Assembly: GCA_030141605.1 (NCBI GenBank)
Contig: JAQGDQ010000912.1
Span: forward strand, 1-64,000
Direction: 5' to 3'
DNA length: 64,000 bases
Source of the DNA: Tubiluchus corallicola
Lineage: Eukaryota; Animalia; Priapulida
Shown here: positions 1 through 55,500 of the stretch, piece after piece
How the letters are laid out: each line of letters begins with the position of its first letter
How positions within the stretch are numbered: position 1 is the first letter of the stretch
Translations under genes and position numbers: made by a program
The notes under the pieces: model-generated
Told to the model about the DNA's origin: nothing
The model's database searches: none
The model's input: only the letters and a program-made list of their open reading frames with translations

Positions 1-1292
1 TGCTTATTCACTTGGAAAAATTTCACAAAAGGCATGCTTTTGGCATAATGATTTTTTCAAAGCAGCATAAAATTGTAAATTGCATTCTAAAATTTTGTGC
101 ACATAACAGAGTCAATAAAAAGACTCTATATGTGTCAACACATTGGTCGACATTTGCATTTGATGAACAGAAACTAATGTATTGGAAAAACACTATTCAG
201 CTTTTGCAGCAAAAAGAAGGTCCTAAGTCCTGATATGATACACATCATGATACTAACCTCACGATACAATAATAATACACACAAGTTAATGTTTGCAGGC
301 TTTATAAAACTAGATGAAGCTGTCGATAATAAATGCTAAGCAAATTTACCAGTCAACTGTTTTAGAGTGCTAAATGCTAAATTAACTCAACAAACGCTTT
401 TGATTTTTATTTATTACTTACGTAATGTCTTGGCTATTGTTTGTATTGTAAGCCATAAGAAAAGCAAAACATATCAATATTGTTACGAAGGCAGATTATG
501 ACCAACCCCCTAATGTTAGTAATGGGTATGGTTGAGAAGCCCAGTAATGCAAATGTACCTGTATAAAACAGAATGCACGCCGTAATTTGACGATTCCAAC
601 CTGGCCTTTCTGTCTGTAAGGGTAAATGCTGTAGGTTTGCTGATTTTTATACAAAAGTCTGTTCACATGTCATGGAGCTACTGGTTGTGCATTAAAGTTT
701 ATTTTACATTCGTATTCTTTTTACTTTTCTTGTCTGCTGTAAAGTATTTCATAACTTGTATGCCGCTCTATACATCCTGAGATGGATCCGTTACAATATT
801 TTACATTTAAAACTTGCTTGAACATGTTCTGATTCACTTTACCATTTCAGGTAAACAACGTGATTAGTGTACTGCACATTAAACACCTTGTATATTCAAC
901 CGCTTTGGCTGCTAGCAGTGCCTGTATCAAGTCAACTACTGCTCACTACACTGACTGAAACGTACATGTACCTGCAGTACACTCCACAGTTTGAATCACT
1001 TCAAATCATTTTTATCAGCATGTGGTGCTAATTTTCTTAATATCATGGACTCAAATTAACATGGTACAAGTGCACTTTGGTGTTACGTATCGTAATACAA
1101 GATATCACGATGCACTGATACATCGATGTATCGTTACAAGGCCTAAAAACTGGATAAAATTCATAGAACATCCTACACAAACATACAAGAGCAAGTAAAT
1201 AAATAAATAAGCAAAGTTGCAGAAAATTACCAACACTTTTCTATTAACACAACCCTTTTTGTGAGACATCATTTAATTACAGTATTAATTAC

Positions 1293-42455
<41,163 letters not shown>

Positions 42456-43132
42456 TTCTCTTGATGTCTCTTTATTAAATACGACAATGTAGGCTTAGTA
42501 GACACGTATTTATTTTCTAAGATACTTTGTATGTCTAGTTCAGGATTAGTGAAAGCATCTCCTATATGCATCTATGACAATGGAACAAATCGATATTTCT
42601 TTGTGTTTCTTCTGCTGTCACATTGATTAACTGTTTTAGACTGCAGAAAGGAGAATAGCGTTTGTTGCATAATTAAAACTCAAGTGCAAGGACAACGGTC
42701 ATAGCAGTGCAAGGACAACGGTGAAGGCAAGGTGCATTTATGTACTACATGCATTAACGCATTTATGAATAGGGTAGATACTTCGATTAAAAAAGATTAC
42801 TATGCATGGTGTTTTTTCGTTTAGTAAACATGAAAAATTTTGAATGCAGCATATGATTAGGACGCTATGCACTTGTAGTACTTTGAGTCCATTATACGTA
42901 GTAGTAGTAGTAGTAGCAGTAGCAGCAGCAGTAGCAGCAGTTGTAGTAGTAGAGCAGGGGGTAGTGGGTGGTAGTAATAGTAGCAGATTATTAATAAACG
43001 AAAGTTAGTGTGAATTTTACTGGTACTTTATACGCATTACTACATGTTCATATGTAGCAAGGTTGCAATTCCTGTATATGACGAGCATCTGCTTATACAC
43101 GAGTGCGGCGTTGAAGATACCGGTTGTTCAAA

Positions 43133-43305
43133 TTACGTTAATGACACCGGTTCTCGTCTGATCACCGAAGTTAAGCGACGTAGAAGCGGGTTAGTACTTG
43201 GATGGGTGACCGACTAGGAATACCAGGTGGTGGAGGTTTGCAGGATGCCCACACTCTAAGTAAGTAAGTAGGTAAGTAGGTAAGTAGGTAAGTAAGTAAG
43301 TAGGT
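43133..43305 (+). mobile_element. 5S rRNA-derived pseudogene or SINE3-like element with (TAAG/TAGG)n tail
   Basis: caccggttctcgtctgatcaccgaagttaagc...gttagtacttggatgggtgaccg..ggaatacc matches metazoan 5S; 5' end missing, substitutions, no T-run terminator. Confidence 0.85.
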
Positions 43306-43836
43306 ATTTTTTTAAATGCCAAAAGATGAAAGCTACAAGTACATGAATGTTTTAATCATAAAATGTTTCATACTTATTTTGTCAGCTTCACCTTAAACTT
43401 ATTGATGTATAGTTATAATTTAAAACACAGAGCATCTAAACTCTAAAGTAAACTCTTTCATTACTGATGAGACACAAATATGTACGAAGTAAGTGGTAAA
43501 GTTCCACCTCGTTGTAGGTCCCGTCATTGTCTTATTTCCAATATCCATCTGTTTGTTTAACGTTCTTTCGCACACTAAAACTCATAGAAATGTGATCTGT
43601 GTCCTTCTTCTTTATTTCTTAGTTCCATTCGCTAATTCTTTAGGAAGGCTATATCTAATTTTAAGTTTACTTTAAATTGCTACTACACCAATCTGCCTTT
43701 GTCTTTTCTCAAATACTCCTTTAAAGGACCTTGCATTAATTTCGCGTGTGAAAGAAAATTTAGCAATCTAGAGAGTAGTCTCAGTAAAGAGAATCGGTAA
43801 AATGTTAAAAATGTATGAAGTTCGGTAATTAAAGGA

Positions 43837-44336
43837 TGTTATATGATTAATGGTTTCATAAGTGAATATGTCATATATCTAGAAATGAAGCCAGACTGCT
43901 GAGCACGAGATTAAGGTGCGGCAGTCACGTGATGCCTTTGCCACTAAGATTCCTCATACAGAAGTAGCTCTTCTAGGCCGCCAAGCTGGCTCCAGTAGAA
44001 TGCCTATTTCCCCAGCACATGCGCCCCAGTAGAATGCCCATTTTCCCCGCACATGCGCTCCAGTAGAGTGCCCATCCAGTCGAGTGCCTATTTCCCCCGC
44101 GCATGCGCTGTCAGACTGGCACCTCGAAGAAGCCAGCAAGTCAGAGAGAGTTAGTTAAGATCAGATCAGGGCCAGGGATCTCAGGAAGAGGAGGCATAGA
44201 TCAAAGGGGGCTTGCAATAGCTATGACATGTGTACTCTTATGTAATATATTATTGTGAAATAAACGTGTTAATTGTCATGAATCCAGATCTTATAGCTTT
44301 GTCACCACCTCACGCCAATAAACAGCTACTGTCACA
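43837..44336 (+). mobile_element. Solo-LTR-like GC-richer segment with three internal repeats of about 34 bp
   Basis: TGT...ACA ends, AATAAA near 44259, repeats ccagtagaatgcc.atttcccc.gcacatgcgc; no TSD found. Confidence 0.35.
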
Positions 44337-44818
44337 TCAATAAGTACTACCACTATGCAAAACAGCATATAAACTTTACCGTCTCTGTTTGCCCGTCCTA
44401 GCTAAATCAATTCAACGCGTTCGCTTACAGGAATGCATTCTAAAAGTAAAAGCCAGTATGCTCGTTCTTGTGACTTTAAGCCTCTGGACATGTGGATTGA
44501 AAGTTTTACTTATTTTCCAGTCAAGCCTTTGAAACTAAACTGGGCAGCAGAACTGGAATTACCATAATCGTTCCTTTTTTGTCAATTACTAAAAAGCGGT
44601 TGCTCAAAAAACGTTTTTGTAGAAAAGTTTAGATAATGTTCATGTACGCTGTCAAAACAAGCGCAAAACATACTCACTTTCGGTTGCGTACTTTAGACCA
44701 TAATTATTGTTCAGCAATGATGTTGTTCAGTTTAATATTGAATTCGTTTAAGGGCTAAATTCTCACGTAGATAGCCAACCTTAAAAGTAATACTCCACAA
44801 ACTACAATGTTGTTATCG

Positions 44819-44858
<40 letters not shown>

Positions 44859-45199
44859 CTTTATCGCTCAGTATTAAATGTGTATGAAATTAACAGTTTA
44901 TTACATGATTATGTTGTTTCCCAGAGCAAAAAAACCAAGATTAAAATATGCGCTTGTTATCATTATGGCAACATCATAATGATCTTTACAAAGACAAAAA
45001 ATGTGGGTTCTTTCGACCAGTATGAAAGCGACGAGGAAAATAAAATCGACTTGAACAAGTTAAATCATAACGTTATAATGTAATGCGAACCAATACGTGA
45101 TAAACATGAACGCTCCAGATCTGCTTTCCTATCGTGAAAAGTACCCGCCAGTGTGAGGTATTTGAAGATATGAATTTTTCTCGACCTAATTTTAAGCTT

Positions 45200-45830
45200 G
45201 CCTTCAGGAATGTCAGTGCTGCACTCATAATGATAATTTTGCTCGTAGTTTATTTAATGAGACACTTTATAAGTTTTGGAGAAAGATTAAAACTCGTTGT
45301 AATAATAATATTCCGCTCCCTGACAAAATTGATGATGCGCATGGTGGAGAAAATATTTGTAAACTCTCGAGGAGGCATTACGAGCCAAATAATTCAGTGT
45401 CAAATAATAACTTAAATAGTGATTGCGAACAGGTAGATATTCCAGCTGGTGGTGAACCTGTGTGTGTAATGAGTCAGAAATTATAAGCTCTGTTAGATCT
45501 CTTAAACGACATAAGACATATGGGCTTGATAGTATTGCTGCTGAACATGTGATTTTTGCTAGCTATAGAATTTATGTATTGTTGTCTCTGTTGTTCACTG
45601 CTATGTTTAACCACGTATATGCACCTGCTGTTATTACTGACTATGTAATTGTACCTGTTATCATAAACAAGAGTCTTGATATAACGGATAGCGATAATTT
45701 CATACCAATAGCTATATCTACAGTGTTTAGTAAAATCATTTAAGTGGGTCGGTTTACTTAGACGAACACTTGCTAGTATCACTGTGCATTCGAAAAGGTA
45801 TATGGCACTGAATTATATATATATTTTCAT
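45200..45830 (+). mobile_element. Decayed LINE ORF2 fragment upstream of the RT core
   Basis: EIISSVRSLK..K.YGLDSIAAEH...IVPVI.NK..DITDSDNFIPIAISTVFSKI (NYRPI-like motif). Confidence 0.78.
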
Positions 45831-45842
45831 ATTCATGTTTTA

Positions 45843-46670
45843 TAGGTTTTACATGTCAAATGTAGACCTGCGTTAATTCAAATGTAGATTTAGGTAATTC
45901 AAATGTGTCTTGGTAACTCAAATGTAGATTTAGGTAATTCAAATGTGTCTTGGTAACTCAAATGTAGACTTTGGTAGTTCAAATGTGTTAACAATGGTTT
46001 TCAAGAAATCTTAAGCGCTTTTGGTAAGTCAAATGTAGACACATGTCAAGTCAAATGTGACGTTGGTATCTCAAATGTGGATAGGTGGTAAAGTTTAAGG
46101 ATGTTAAAATTTAATCTTCTTTAATTTCAATTCAATAATTGCTTTTAAGTTAAAATAACAACGTTATAGGTTCACTAATATTCTGCAAACTTTACATACC
46201 ATTGGAACTGTTAGAGAAAACAATATATTCTTAAAATAAACAATGTTTCTTGGAAGAAACTAATTCATTAATGCACTTCAAAAACTAACTAGTGATTAAC
46301 TGTTCATTGGGAAGCGGGAACCGATTTATTCTTTTCTGCCGACATTTTTTATAAAACGTTGACAAATAAAATGTAGAATTGGTGTATATAAATAGTCCAT
46401 ACAAATAGTTGCAAATTAATTAAATAATATAGAAATTGATGCTGCCGATAGCACCATGACCATAAAATATAATTTTAATTTGGTTTTATCTTTTTGTAAT
46501 TTACACTTAAATGAGTTAATTACTGATTTGTTCAAAGCACCGCATCTACATTTGACTTACCTAAGTCACATTTGAGTTACCAAAACACATTCGAAATTCC
46601 TATGCCTACATTTGACTTACCTAAGTCACATTTGAACTTTCCTGTGTCTACATTTGACGTGTAAAACCTA
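45843..46670. mobile_element. MITE family X copy 3 (longest, opposite orientation)
   Basis: Same TIRs; contains segments present in copies 1 and 2. Confidence 0.9.
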
Positions 46671-49414
46671 TTTAGCACACCACAGGCAGTTACTGAACAC
46701 CGATTCTATATAAGTGCTACATAATGAACAGGTATTACACAACAAGAAGTTGCTTGAATATAAGCGTTATGCAAATACATGTAATTAATAATGACCATAT
46801 AGATATGAGGTTAATAGGGCTACTAACACACCACAAGTAAATGTGTAACCATTCATTACATAAGCAACCATAAATTCACAATAGAGAAGGGGGAACAGAA
46901 CTATCAGCCTCGGGAGTCGTAAAGTGTTGATACGCCCTTGGTCACATCCCTAATTGTTCTCTATTCATAATTTTTAGATTGTAGATTTGATACATTTTTG
47001 ATATTTTTAGCCACAAAAGGCTCTCTTTTACTAGATTGTACAAATAACGTTCGGTCGTAGATGTCTATCTCAAATCATTCGTTCATGTAAAACTAGAATA
47101 TTCTAATAATAACGTTCACATTTTAGATATTTTGTCACATTCAAGACTAAATAGTTGTTGGCATGTAGGGTTGAAAAGTTACTTTGAGGGTGAGTATGTT
47201 TACCTGTTGCCTGTTATCCTGCCCTGAAATTATTCCTGTGCAAGTCATGCAAGAGTGAATTTTTGTGATGGAGTGCTTATTGTTTGTATTAATAATGCGT
47301 CTTTTGTGTATTGCAAATTTTGCATTGGCGTTGCGCAATTTTATGTTTGGTTTTGTTCAAAGACAGAAGCTGGTTCACATCGTTTACCATGCTCTTCTGT
47401 AGGTAAGTATACAGGTTAAAATATTATGGAAGTCTTTAAATTGAGTTTCATGGTTTAAATTATTATTCATCTTGCCACTTTTATCCATACATGACAAGAC
47501 GGCAAGAAACGTTGTTGAAATGTTTTGCTTAATTTGCTTGTAGGTGAATTTCATGTTGAACAGTGAGTTTCAGTTCTGGGTTCAAGCCCTGCAGCTGCGA
47601 ATATTTTACATCCAAATCAACAGTTTGTCAAGCGTTTTATTAAATTCTATTTTATTTGTAAACAAAGTAGTTAGACTATTGTTAAGTTTGTGGCACACCA
47701 AGCTCTGCTTACTGTTATATCACCAATGGATTTTAATTTACGACACATAACTGTAGTAGTTATCAGTTAGAAAATGCATATGATATTTTTGCAAGGTCTA
47801 GAAATGCAATTTGCAAGATGCAAAGACCTTCGCAAGATGTAGAAAAAGTCTTTGATAGGAAACCAACAGGTAATATGGCTAGAGACTGCATCGAACACTT
47901 AGAATGCAATGATTTTAATTTTTTAAACGCAGCACAACTGCAATCAATTCTAAATTACATTGTAACGTGTTAATTTGAAAGAAATTGTACTGCTCATATA
48001 TTTTATCAGAAACATTAGGCCCATTAATTCTCTTTACTATCGTTACGTTGTTTTTATTACTAATCGTGTAAATAATCCAAACTATTAACACTTTTTATGA
48101 ATTACAATGTAAAGTATATTCGAAATAAAATGATGTTAATAATAATACAAATACATACATGTTTTTGTTCTTTAAGTTGTGCATCGTTAATGTCTGCCTT
48201 AAATTAGGTCGACACAAATATTGTATTTTTGTTTGTGCATGTCGCTTTAACTTAAGGTATTGTATTTTCTTGCTTGGTCTACAGAAATCAATGTTTTCCA
48301 ATGGATTACTACATTGGTCAGCAGTCATCAATGTTTCTATTGTCTTTAAACAATAGAATGATTTGAGACAGGTGTTCTTGGACACAGCGTATTTTCCTTA
48401 GGGGCCATTGTGCGGACAATGGTATCTATGACAAAGTCAATATGTTTGTTATCTTCAAGGAGTAAAGGCACAATGCATGTTGCTTTCCTACTGCATATTC
48501 TCGTGGATGGCATCGTATACATAGCTTTGTTATTTTGCTCTGCCATTACAGAATAATTCAACGAGACTTAAAGTGCTTCAAGCAGCAATGATGTTGTTGA
48601 ACTGGCTGAAACTGATTTTGCATTTTGCAATTTTTCACATTGGAAAATGTAAGTTGACGTACTTTTGTCCTATTAGACGTTTTAACTTTCTGTATAAGCG
48701 TGTTTGGTTCGTGCATTGGAATTGGCCTGTGATTTGTGAAGTATTCTGATGCGCTACCAAGCAACTGAGAGTGTCAGGGTCTTGAAATATCAGCATCAAT
48801 AAATTAGGTAGATATTGTGTTATTTTTTGGGAAACTGAAATTTAACCATCAATAGTCGTATCTTGGACATGTTGCACACGAATACAACATAGCAAATATG
48901 TCAAAAGCGAATATATTATCAGTATTAGCAGAACTTTTAAAAGTAATCAGGCACTTTCAGGCACTGATCTGCTCAATTAGTAAATTATAATTTTGTTGTA
49001 ATTTGATTTTCCTTTGCATAAATTTGGCTTGTCATACTGTCCACAAAGAGGAATTATCATTATACGTACGTATATACGTATACTTATATATATATATATA
49101 TATAACATGTTACTTGATCTATATATATATATATATACCAAATAACCAGTAATGCAGTTTTGTTTTTGTATGTGGATAAATTTCGATAAAGCTGTAAATA
49201 CAATTATGCACCCTGTTTTTAATTATCAAAACTTTTCTTTAATTAATACATTAGCATTCATAACTAGCATACTTAATTTTTAACATTGTGTTATTAAGCA
49301 AATAATTTTACTCTTTATTCTCTTATTAAATTATATCTTGCATAAAATTTACAGTAATTATTAAACAAATGCTTGATAAAGTATATATGAATAAAAGAAG
49401 AGGATTTTTTGCAG

Positions 49415-49539
49415 CGAAGCTGATCCCGTGTAAATCATCGGACAGCTTCAAGGTGGTTTTTCCAAGCAAAGGCACGACAGATTATATCAAGCCCTTACGT
49501 GGCATTAACGTAGATTTCTCGGCGTTCACATTCTGTGAG
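49415..49539 (+). CDS. Gene B pentraxin exon (KLIPCKSSDSFKVVFPSKGTTDYI...FSAFTFCE)
   Basis: gcag/GTAAAT, phase 1-0. Confidence 0.9.
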
Positions 49540-52500
49540 GTAAATAAATGTGAAGATCACTTTAAATAAATGTGAAGATCACTTTAAATAAATGTGAAGA
49601 TCACTTTAAATAAATGTGAAGATCACTTTAAATAAATGTGAAGATCACTTTTTTTAATGAGCAGAAACTACAAATTTGGTCTACTACTTTTGAGTTAAGC
49701 CTTTTCACAGTTTCAGCGATTGATGATGATCGTGAAAAGGCCAAAGGTTAAGCACACCAGACAACATATTTGCGTACACTTGCTTCACAGCCCACACTAT
49801 TGTAATAGTAACTGTTTTAGCAGCTAGCTAGATCCTTACTTAGTTCATTTTTTCTTGTTCCCAAGCAAGATCCTGCTAGTAAATCATTCTACGCACAGAC
49901 TAATGGATAGTTAAATAAAGTGATCATAAAACAACTGAAGTTACTGAACTGACATGGCAGACAGCTATGCTTTACACACGTCACGTGACGGTTGTAGTTT
50001 AAAGACGCGTTGCAGTGGTACGCTTAACCTTTGACCTACAGCAACCTTGATTTTCTCAAGGTTATGTTTTTCAATGCATAGCCTGCACCTCAACTTCAAT
50101 GTGGATTATCTCAGCTTAGAAATAACATAGAGCGATGAACTTGGTATAAAAATGATCCTCAGGAAATGGAGATTCAGGATATGTGAATAACTAGAAAAGC
50201 TTAATGCCGACTTATGGACATATTTTTTTGCCATGCAAGCACACATTTGTGCTAGAGGGAAAGAGACAGTTAATCATAATATGTACATCTTTGTTTGAAA
50301 TAACATCTCACTTTGTTTCAACAGAAAATGATGTATTGTAGTAGTATGTTGCTGTGGTAATGTAATTTGTTCACATGTAGTAAATAAAACATTAACAGAC
50401 ATGATTAATTATCATTCTGTTAGTTGTCATTATTAACTGTGCGTATCATTCTGTGATTATCCCTGCACTTCATGCTTTTTCAGATAGCACTCAGACACTT
50501 CATATGCTTGAAACCCCTTCTAATACACGTGGTGTGGTCTTAAATGTAACTTTACAACCTGTCAGTTTGTGATCTGTGTGGCTTTGTGCACCTCTCATTG
50601 CTTTTGTTTGAGTCACATCACTAAAATACGTTTTCCATGTTTCTTTATTAGTAATTAGTTACAAACCATTCTGTTTGCTTGTTTCAGACTCCGAAAGGGC
50701 GTCTACTTTATTCTGTCCCAGCGGTTGAATGCGTGAAACAGCAAAAACAGATTTAATCACCATTAAATTCTGAAGACAACACTTTCTTACAAATATCACA
50801 CTTATAATGGCACACCAAGATTTTGATACCGTTATAATAATTGAGCATGCTTGCGCTATGTATTATTTAGCTATGTACACAAGACAATTTAGTGTATTCT
50901 TTCTTAATTAATCTGATTATAATTTTCAATTTCAGTGGGTTCTCACCTATAACGGGTTTTCTCGGGGAGCATTGGTGTCATACGCTGTAGAGGGCACTGA
51001 CAATGCCATTCTTTTGTTTATGGACACTAATAATCAGCTGGAGTTTTCAGTAAATCAAATGTAAGATGATTTACCTTTACAAAAACACTGCATAATATAA
51101 TATAGCGATGAAGTTGACAGTGCCGATGATGTAGCCAAGTTTTGTCCTGTAAATTTTGATCAATTAACAACGTTAATTGAAAGGAGATTAAAGGTTAAAA
51201 TGTAATTTTTATTAAGATTATACTCATTTTATCTCGTCTATCTCATGGCTTTATTGCACAATTTGCTATTTGATGTCTTTTTAGGCTTTAATTGAGTACA
51301 TTTAAACCTTTGACACTGCTAAAACGTTTCTTGCTTCATTATTTTCAATTATTTTTTGTAGTCAATTAATTCAGAAAAAAAAGATATTTTGTTAATTAAA
51401 AACTACTTTGTTGCTGCGTGCACACCTCAAATTTCAGAGTCATTGTTACTTGGGCAAAACCTCTACCGGACGGAAGTTTCCACCATCTGTGTGTAACATA
51501 CAACAATGGTGAATATGCATTGTATGTTGATGGAGAGTTATTTAATAGTGCTAATTCTGGTAAGTATGATATTATCCATGTTATAATCTTTTTTGTCAAG
51601 AAATCTGATAGTTGTACGTTAATGCATTGTCATTGAAATTACAAAAATGGCCATCGGCAGGTAAATAAAGAATTATATTGTAATTAAGAACAACACAATT
51701 TTATTACAATTTTTACTTTAAAAAGTTAAAATCATGTCAAACGTTTTGACTGAGCTACTACTGTCATCATCAGTGGTAAATTTACAAACATAAAACCAGT
51801 TTATATACGCAAATCACCCGATGATGGCAGTAGCAGTCTGTCGAAACGTTTCACATGATTTTAACGTTTTAAAGTAAAAGTTTTAATAAAGTTGTGTTGT
51901 TTTTAATTATAAATGTTTTTCAGTGCCTGTAATAAAAATTGACTTGCATTATATTGTATTCCTTAAAAAATATATAATAACGTGGCCCTTGTGCTTTATT
52001 TTTCCATTTCTAGAAGCAGACACTATCGTTAGCGGAGGTAGCTTGATTATTGGACAAGACCAGGACAGTGTGGGCGGTGACTTTGTCTCAGGTCAAAGTT
52101 TTATGGGGGAAATCACTGACGTTATAATGACCACGCATGTTTTAACTGCAACCGACGTTGGTAAGATTGATAAGTTACTTAAAAAACAAAAAACGGGTTT
52201 GTGGTATAAAAAGTAGTACATATGTTTCGAATTTTGACGCAAGCAGGCCTGTTATTGAAAAGGATTTTCTAAGTGCATTCTAAAATGAATAGTTGGATAG
52301 ATGAATAGATCAATGAATGCATAAAAACTTGATATCTATAAATAACCTCAAAAGAAATTTGAAAAATGAAATCATCCTTTAATCAATTTGACTAATTTGG
52401 CTGCCGATGTCGAGATTATCGTGGCTGGCTATGTCTGTACTGCGCGTCACTTCATACTGTTACCATCGCATCTCTGTATTCTCCTTCAACAATTCTTTTC

Positions 52501-55500
52501 TGCTTCTTTGCTCTTTCTTCTTTTTCTCAATCCGCTTTCATTTGGGGTGCCCGCAACAAGTAATTACTTTTTGAGCATCCAGTAGGCCAGCTTAACACTT
52601 TGGGTAGATAATATTACCAAATCATTAAAGTTTTTTGATGTTCTATGCTGTAATAGTTGTTGTGGATTCAATGAACGAATGGAAATCAAGGCATAGTTTA
52701 GCTGATTTAACAGCTAAACATTTTGAAAGAATTTTGTGTCAAAATCCCTTAACTTTTTTTGATGAATTGCATTAAGACAAAGAAGCAGTTGATAACTTAT
52801 TTCAATAACTTATTTTTTGCTAATTTAATACATTTAATTAATTACTGTTAAAATATATTTTAGTCTTGTTATGGTGACTGGAGTGACTGGATTTGTGTTT
52901 GTTATTCAGTCCAGTAGCGATGTCCTAAAACCGAAATATTGCCTTTTCCGAAATGCTAAAGTGGTTGTCAGTACTTTACTTTTCTTTACTTTACTTTACT
53001 TTACTTTACTTTACTTTACTTTACTTTACTTTACTCTACTCTACTCCACTCCACTCCACTCCACTCCACTCCACTCCACTCCACTTCACTCCACTCCACT
53101 CCGCTCCACTCTACTCTACTTTACTACTATACTTTAGCGGGACTCTAAAGCTTAAATAGACCCACTTTGCATGCCCCATCAGTTGGCTACAGGCGTAACT
53201 TTCTTGCTGCAGTTCCACTTTGTTATAAATTTCTTTGCAGTTTTCATGACTGCCCAGTTGGCTGTATTGGCATGTATTCACCAAGTACAGTTCAAGAATC
53301 TTCTAATCTGCTTCTGGTGAAATTGCAATTTCTTATTATTTTACAAATCATCTGCTAACATCTTGGCTTAACGAGACATCACGTGGAGGTGCATTCAAGT
53401 CTTGAAATTCGGTTAAGCACCGTAAGTTCAAAACATGTAGCGCAACGTTCAAAAGTTTTTCTCTCACTAAATAGATGAGCCTTCGGCTATTTGAAAGTGA
53501 TTTACAAAAAGGAATTGTACATTGTTCTAATTGTTGTCTTTTGTTATTGGTATGTGATATTGTCTTCTGTTGTGGTAAAATAAGGGCATTTTCCTTCTAA
53601 ATTAATAAGTTGTTTATTTTTTAAACTGTTGTTGTCCTATCCCACTTTACTCTGCCGTGTTCTACCCTGCACTCTCTTGTTCTATCATGCCCTGTCCTGC
53701 CCTGTCCTGCCCTGTTCTAACCTGTCCTATCATGTCCTGTCAAACCCTGTTCTGTCTGTTCCACAATGCTTTGTTCTGCCCCGTTCTGCCCCATACTATC
53801 ATGCTCTGTTCTGCCCTGTTCTACCTTGTCCTGTCATGCTCAGTGCTACCCTGTCCTATTGTGTCCTGTCCTGCACTGTTCTAACCTGTCCTATCATGCC
53901 CTGTCCTGCCCTGTTCTACCCTGTCCTGTCATGCTCAGTGCTACCCTGTCCTATTGTGTCCTGTCCAGCCCTGTTCTGCCCCATACTATCATACTCTGTT
54001 CTGCCATGTTCTACCCTGTCCTATCATGTTCTGTCCAGCCCTGTTCTACCCTGTATTATTACGTCCTGTTCAGGTCTATTCTACCCTCCCCTATCATGCT
54101 CTGTCCTGCCCTGTCCTACGCTGTCCTATCATGCTCTGTCCAGCCCTGTTCTACCCTGTCCTATCATGCTCAGTCCTGCCCTGTTCTACCCTGTCCTATC
54201 ATGCTCAGTCCAGCCCTGTTCTACCCTGTCCTATCATGCTCAGTCCAGCCCTGTTCTACCCTGTCCTATCATGCTCTGTCCAGCCCTGTTCTACCCTGTC
54301 CTATCATGCTCAGTTTTGCCCATTCTACCCTGTCCTATCATGCTCAGTCCAGCCCTGTTCTACCCTGCCCTATCATGCTCTGTCCTGCCCTGTTCTACCT
54401 TGTCATATCATGTCATGTCCTGCCCTGTTCTGCCTTGTTCTATCATGCTCAGTTCTACCCTGTTCTACCTAGTCTTATCATGTTCTGTCCTGCCCTGTTC
54501 TACCCTGTCCTAGTATGCTCTGTCCTGCCCTGTTCTGCACTGTTCTATCATGTCCTGTTCTTCCTTGTTCTATACTGTCCTATCATGTCCTGTCTTGTCC
54601 TGTTTCGCCCAGTCCTGCTAATTTGTCACGTCTCATTACCTCACCTCATCTCAAATGACATTATTTCACCTCACACTCTCTTACCTTATCTTATTCATAG
54701 AGCATTTAGTGCACTTTTTATTATTTTATATTCAGCTGAATTGGCTCAAACTTGTCACAGTGGCTACAAAGGAAATTTAATCAGTTGGAGAAGAGATCTT
54801 ATCACATTGTACGGTTCTGCAACTGTGGTCACTCCGAGTGACTGTCCAGTGGAAGAAACAAGTGAACAGTTGTGTTTTGACCCTCCTGTAATGCAAGCAG
54901 AAGACGGGGTAATTAAAATCAATAATTTTGTAGTGTATATTTCCAAATGATGTTTTTGATAGCAGCAACGTAAATTCATTACATGTTCGTAACATTGATA
55001 GTGTTTCTGGTTTTCAGGGCTTACATTTCTTAAAGTTGAAAAATATAAATAAATAAATACATACATACAGTAAGTCCTCGCTTAACGATGCTAATACGTT
55101 TCAGCAAAACACGACGTTAAGCGAAACGTCGTTAAAAGAAACCAAAACTTCCAAAGAAAAAAAGCAAAAGAATTGAGATACATTTCAGAGGCAAAAATCA
55201 ATGCTGTTTAAATCATATAAATTAAACGTTTTATGAGTTTCGTTATGGTTTCTGCTAATTAATTGCTTTCTGCTTTCTTAAAAGGTGTCAAATGTTCAGC
55301 GTCATTAAAACGAAACTTTGCTAAACGGTCAGTCGTTAAGCGGGGAGTTACTATATTTTACACACTTGTCATTGCATTCATCCAGTGGACACCAGTTCAA
55401 ATCGAGGCCCAGCATACTTCCACAATTAATATTAAGCTGAGCCAAAACTCTGTGAAGACAGGCACAAGCTCTTAAAAAGTCTAGGAGTAAAATTAACATA

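Noticed and set aside
43133-43238. Functional 5S rRNA gene
   Set aside because: 5' end missing, several substitutions, no oligo-T terminator, single copy.
43464-43500. ctgatga...cgaag hammerhead-like motif
   Set aside because: GAAA core broken and stems I and III unconvincing.
53629-54735. Cys/Pro/Leu-rich ORFs
   Set aside because: Pentamer satellite; only 54736-54908 of the 394-aa ORF is a real exon.
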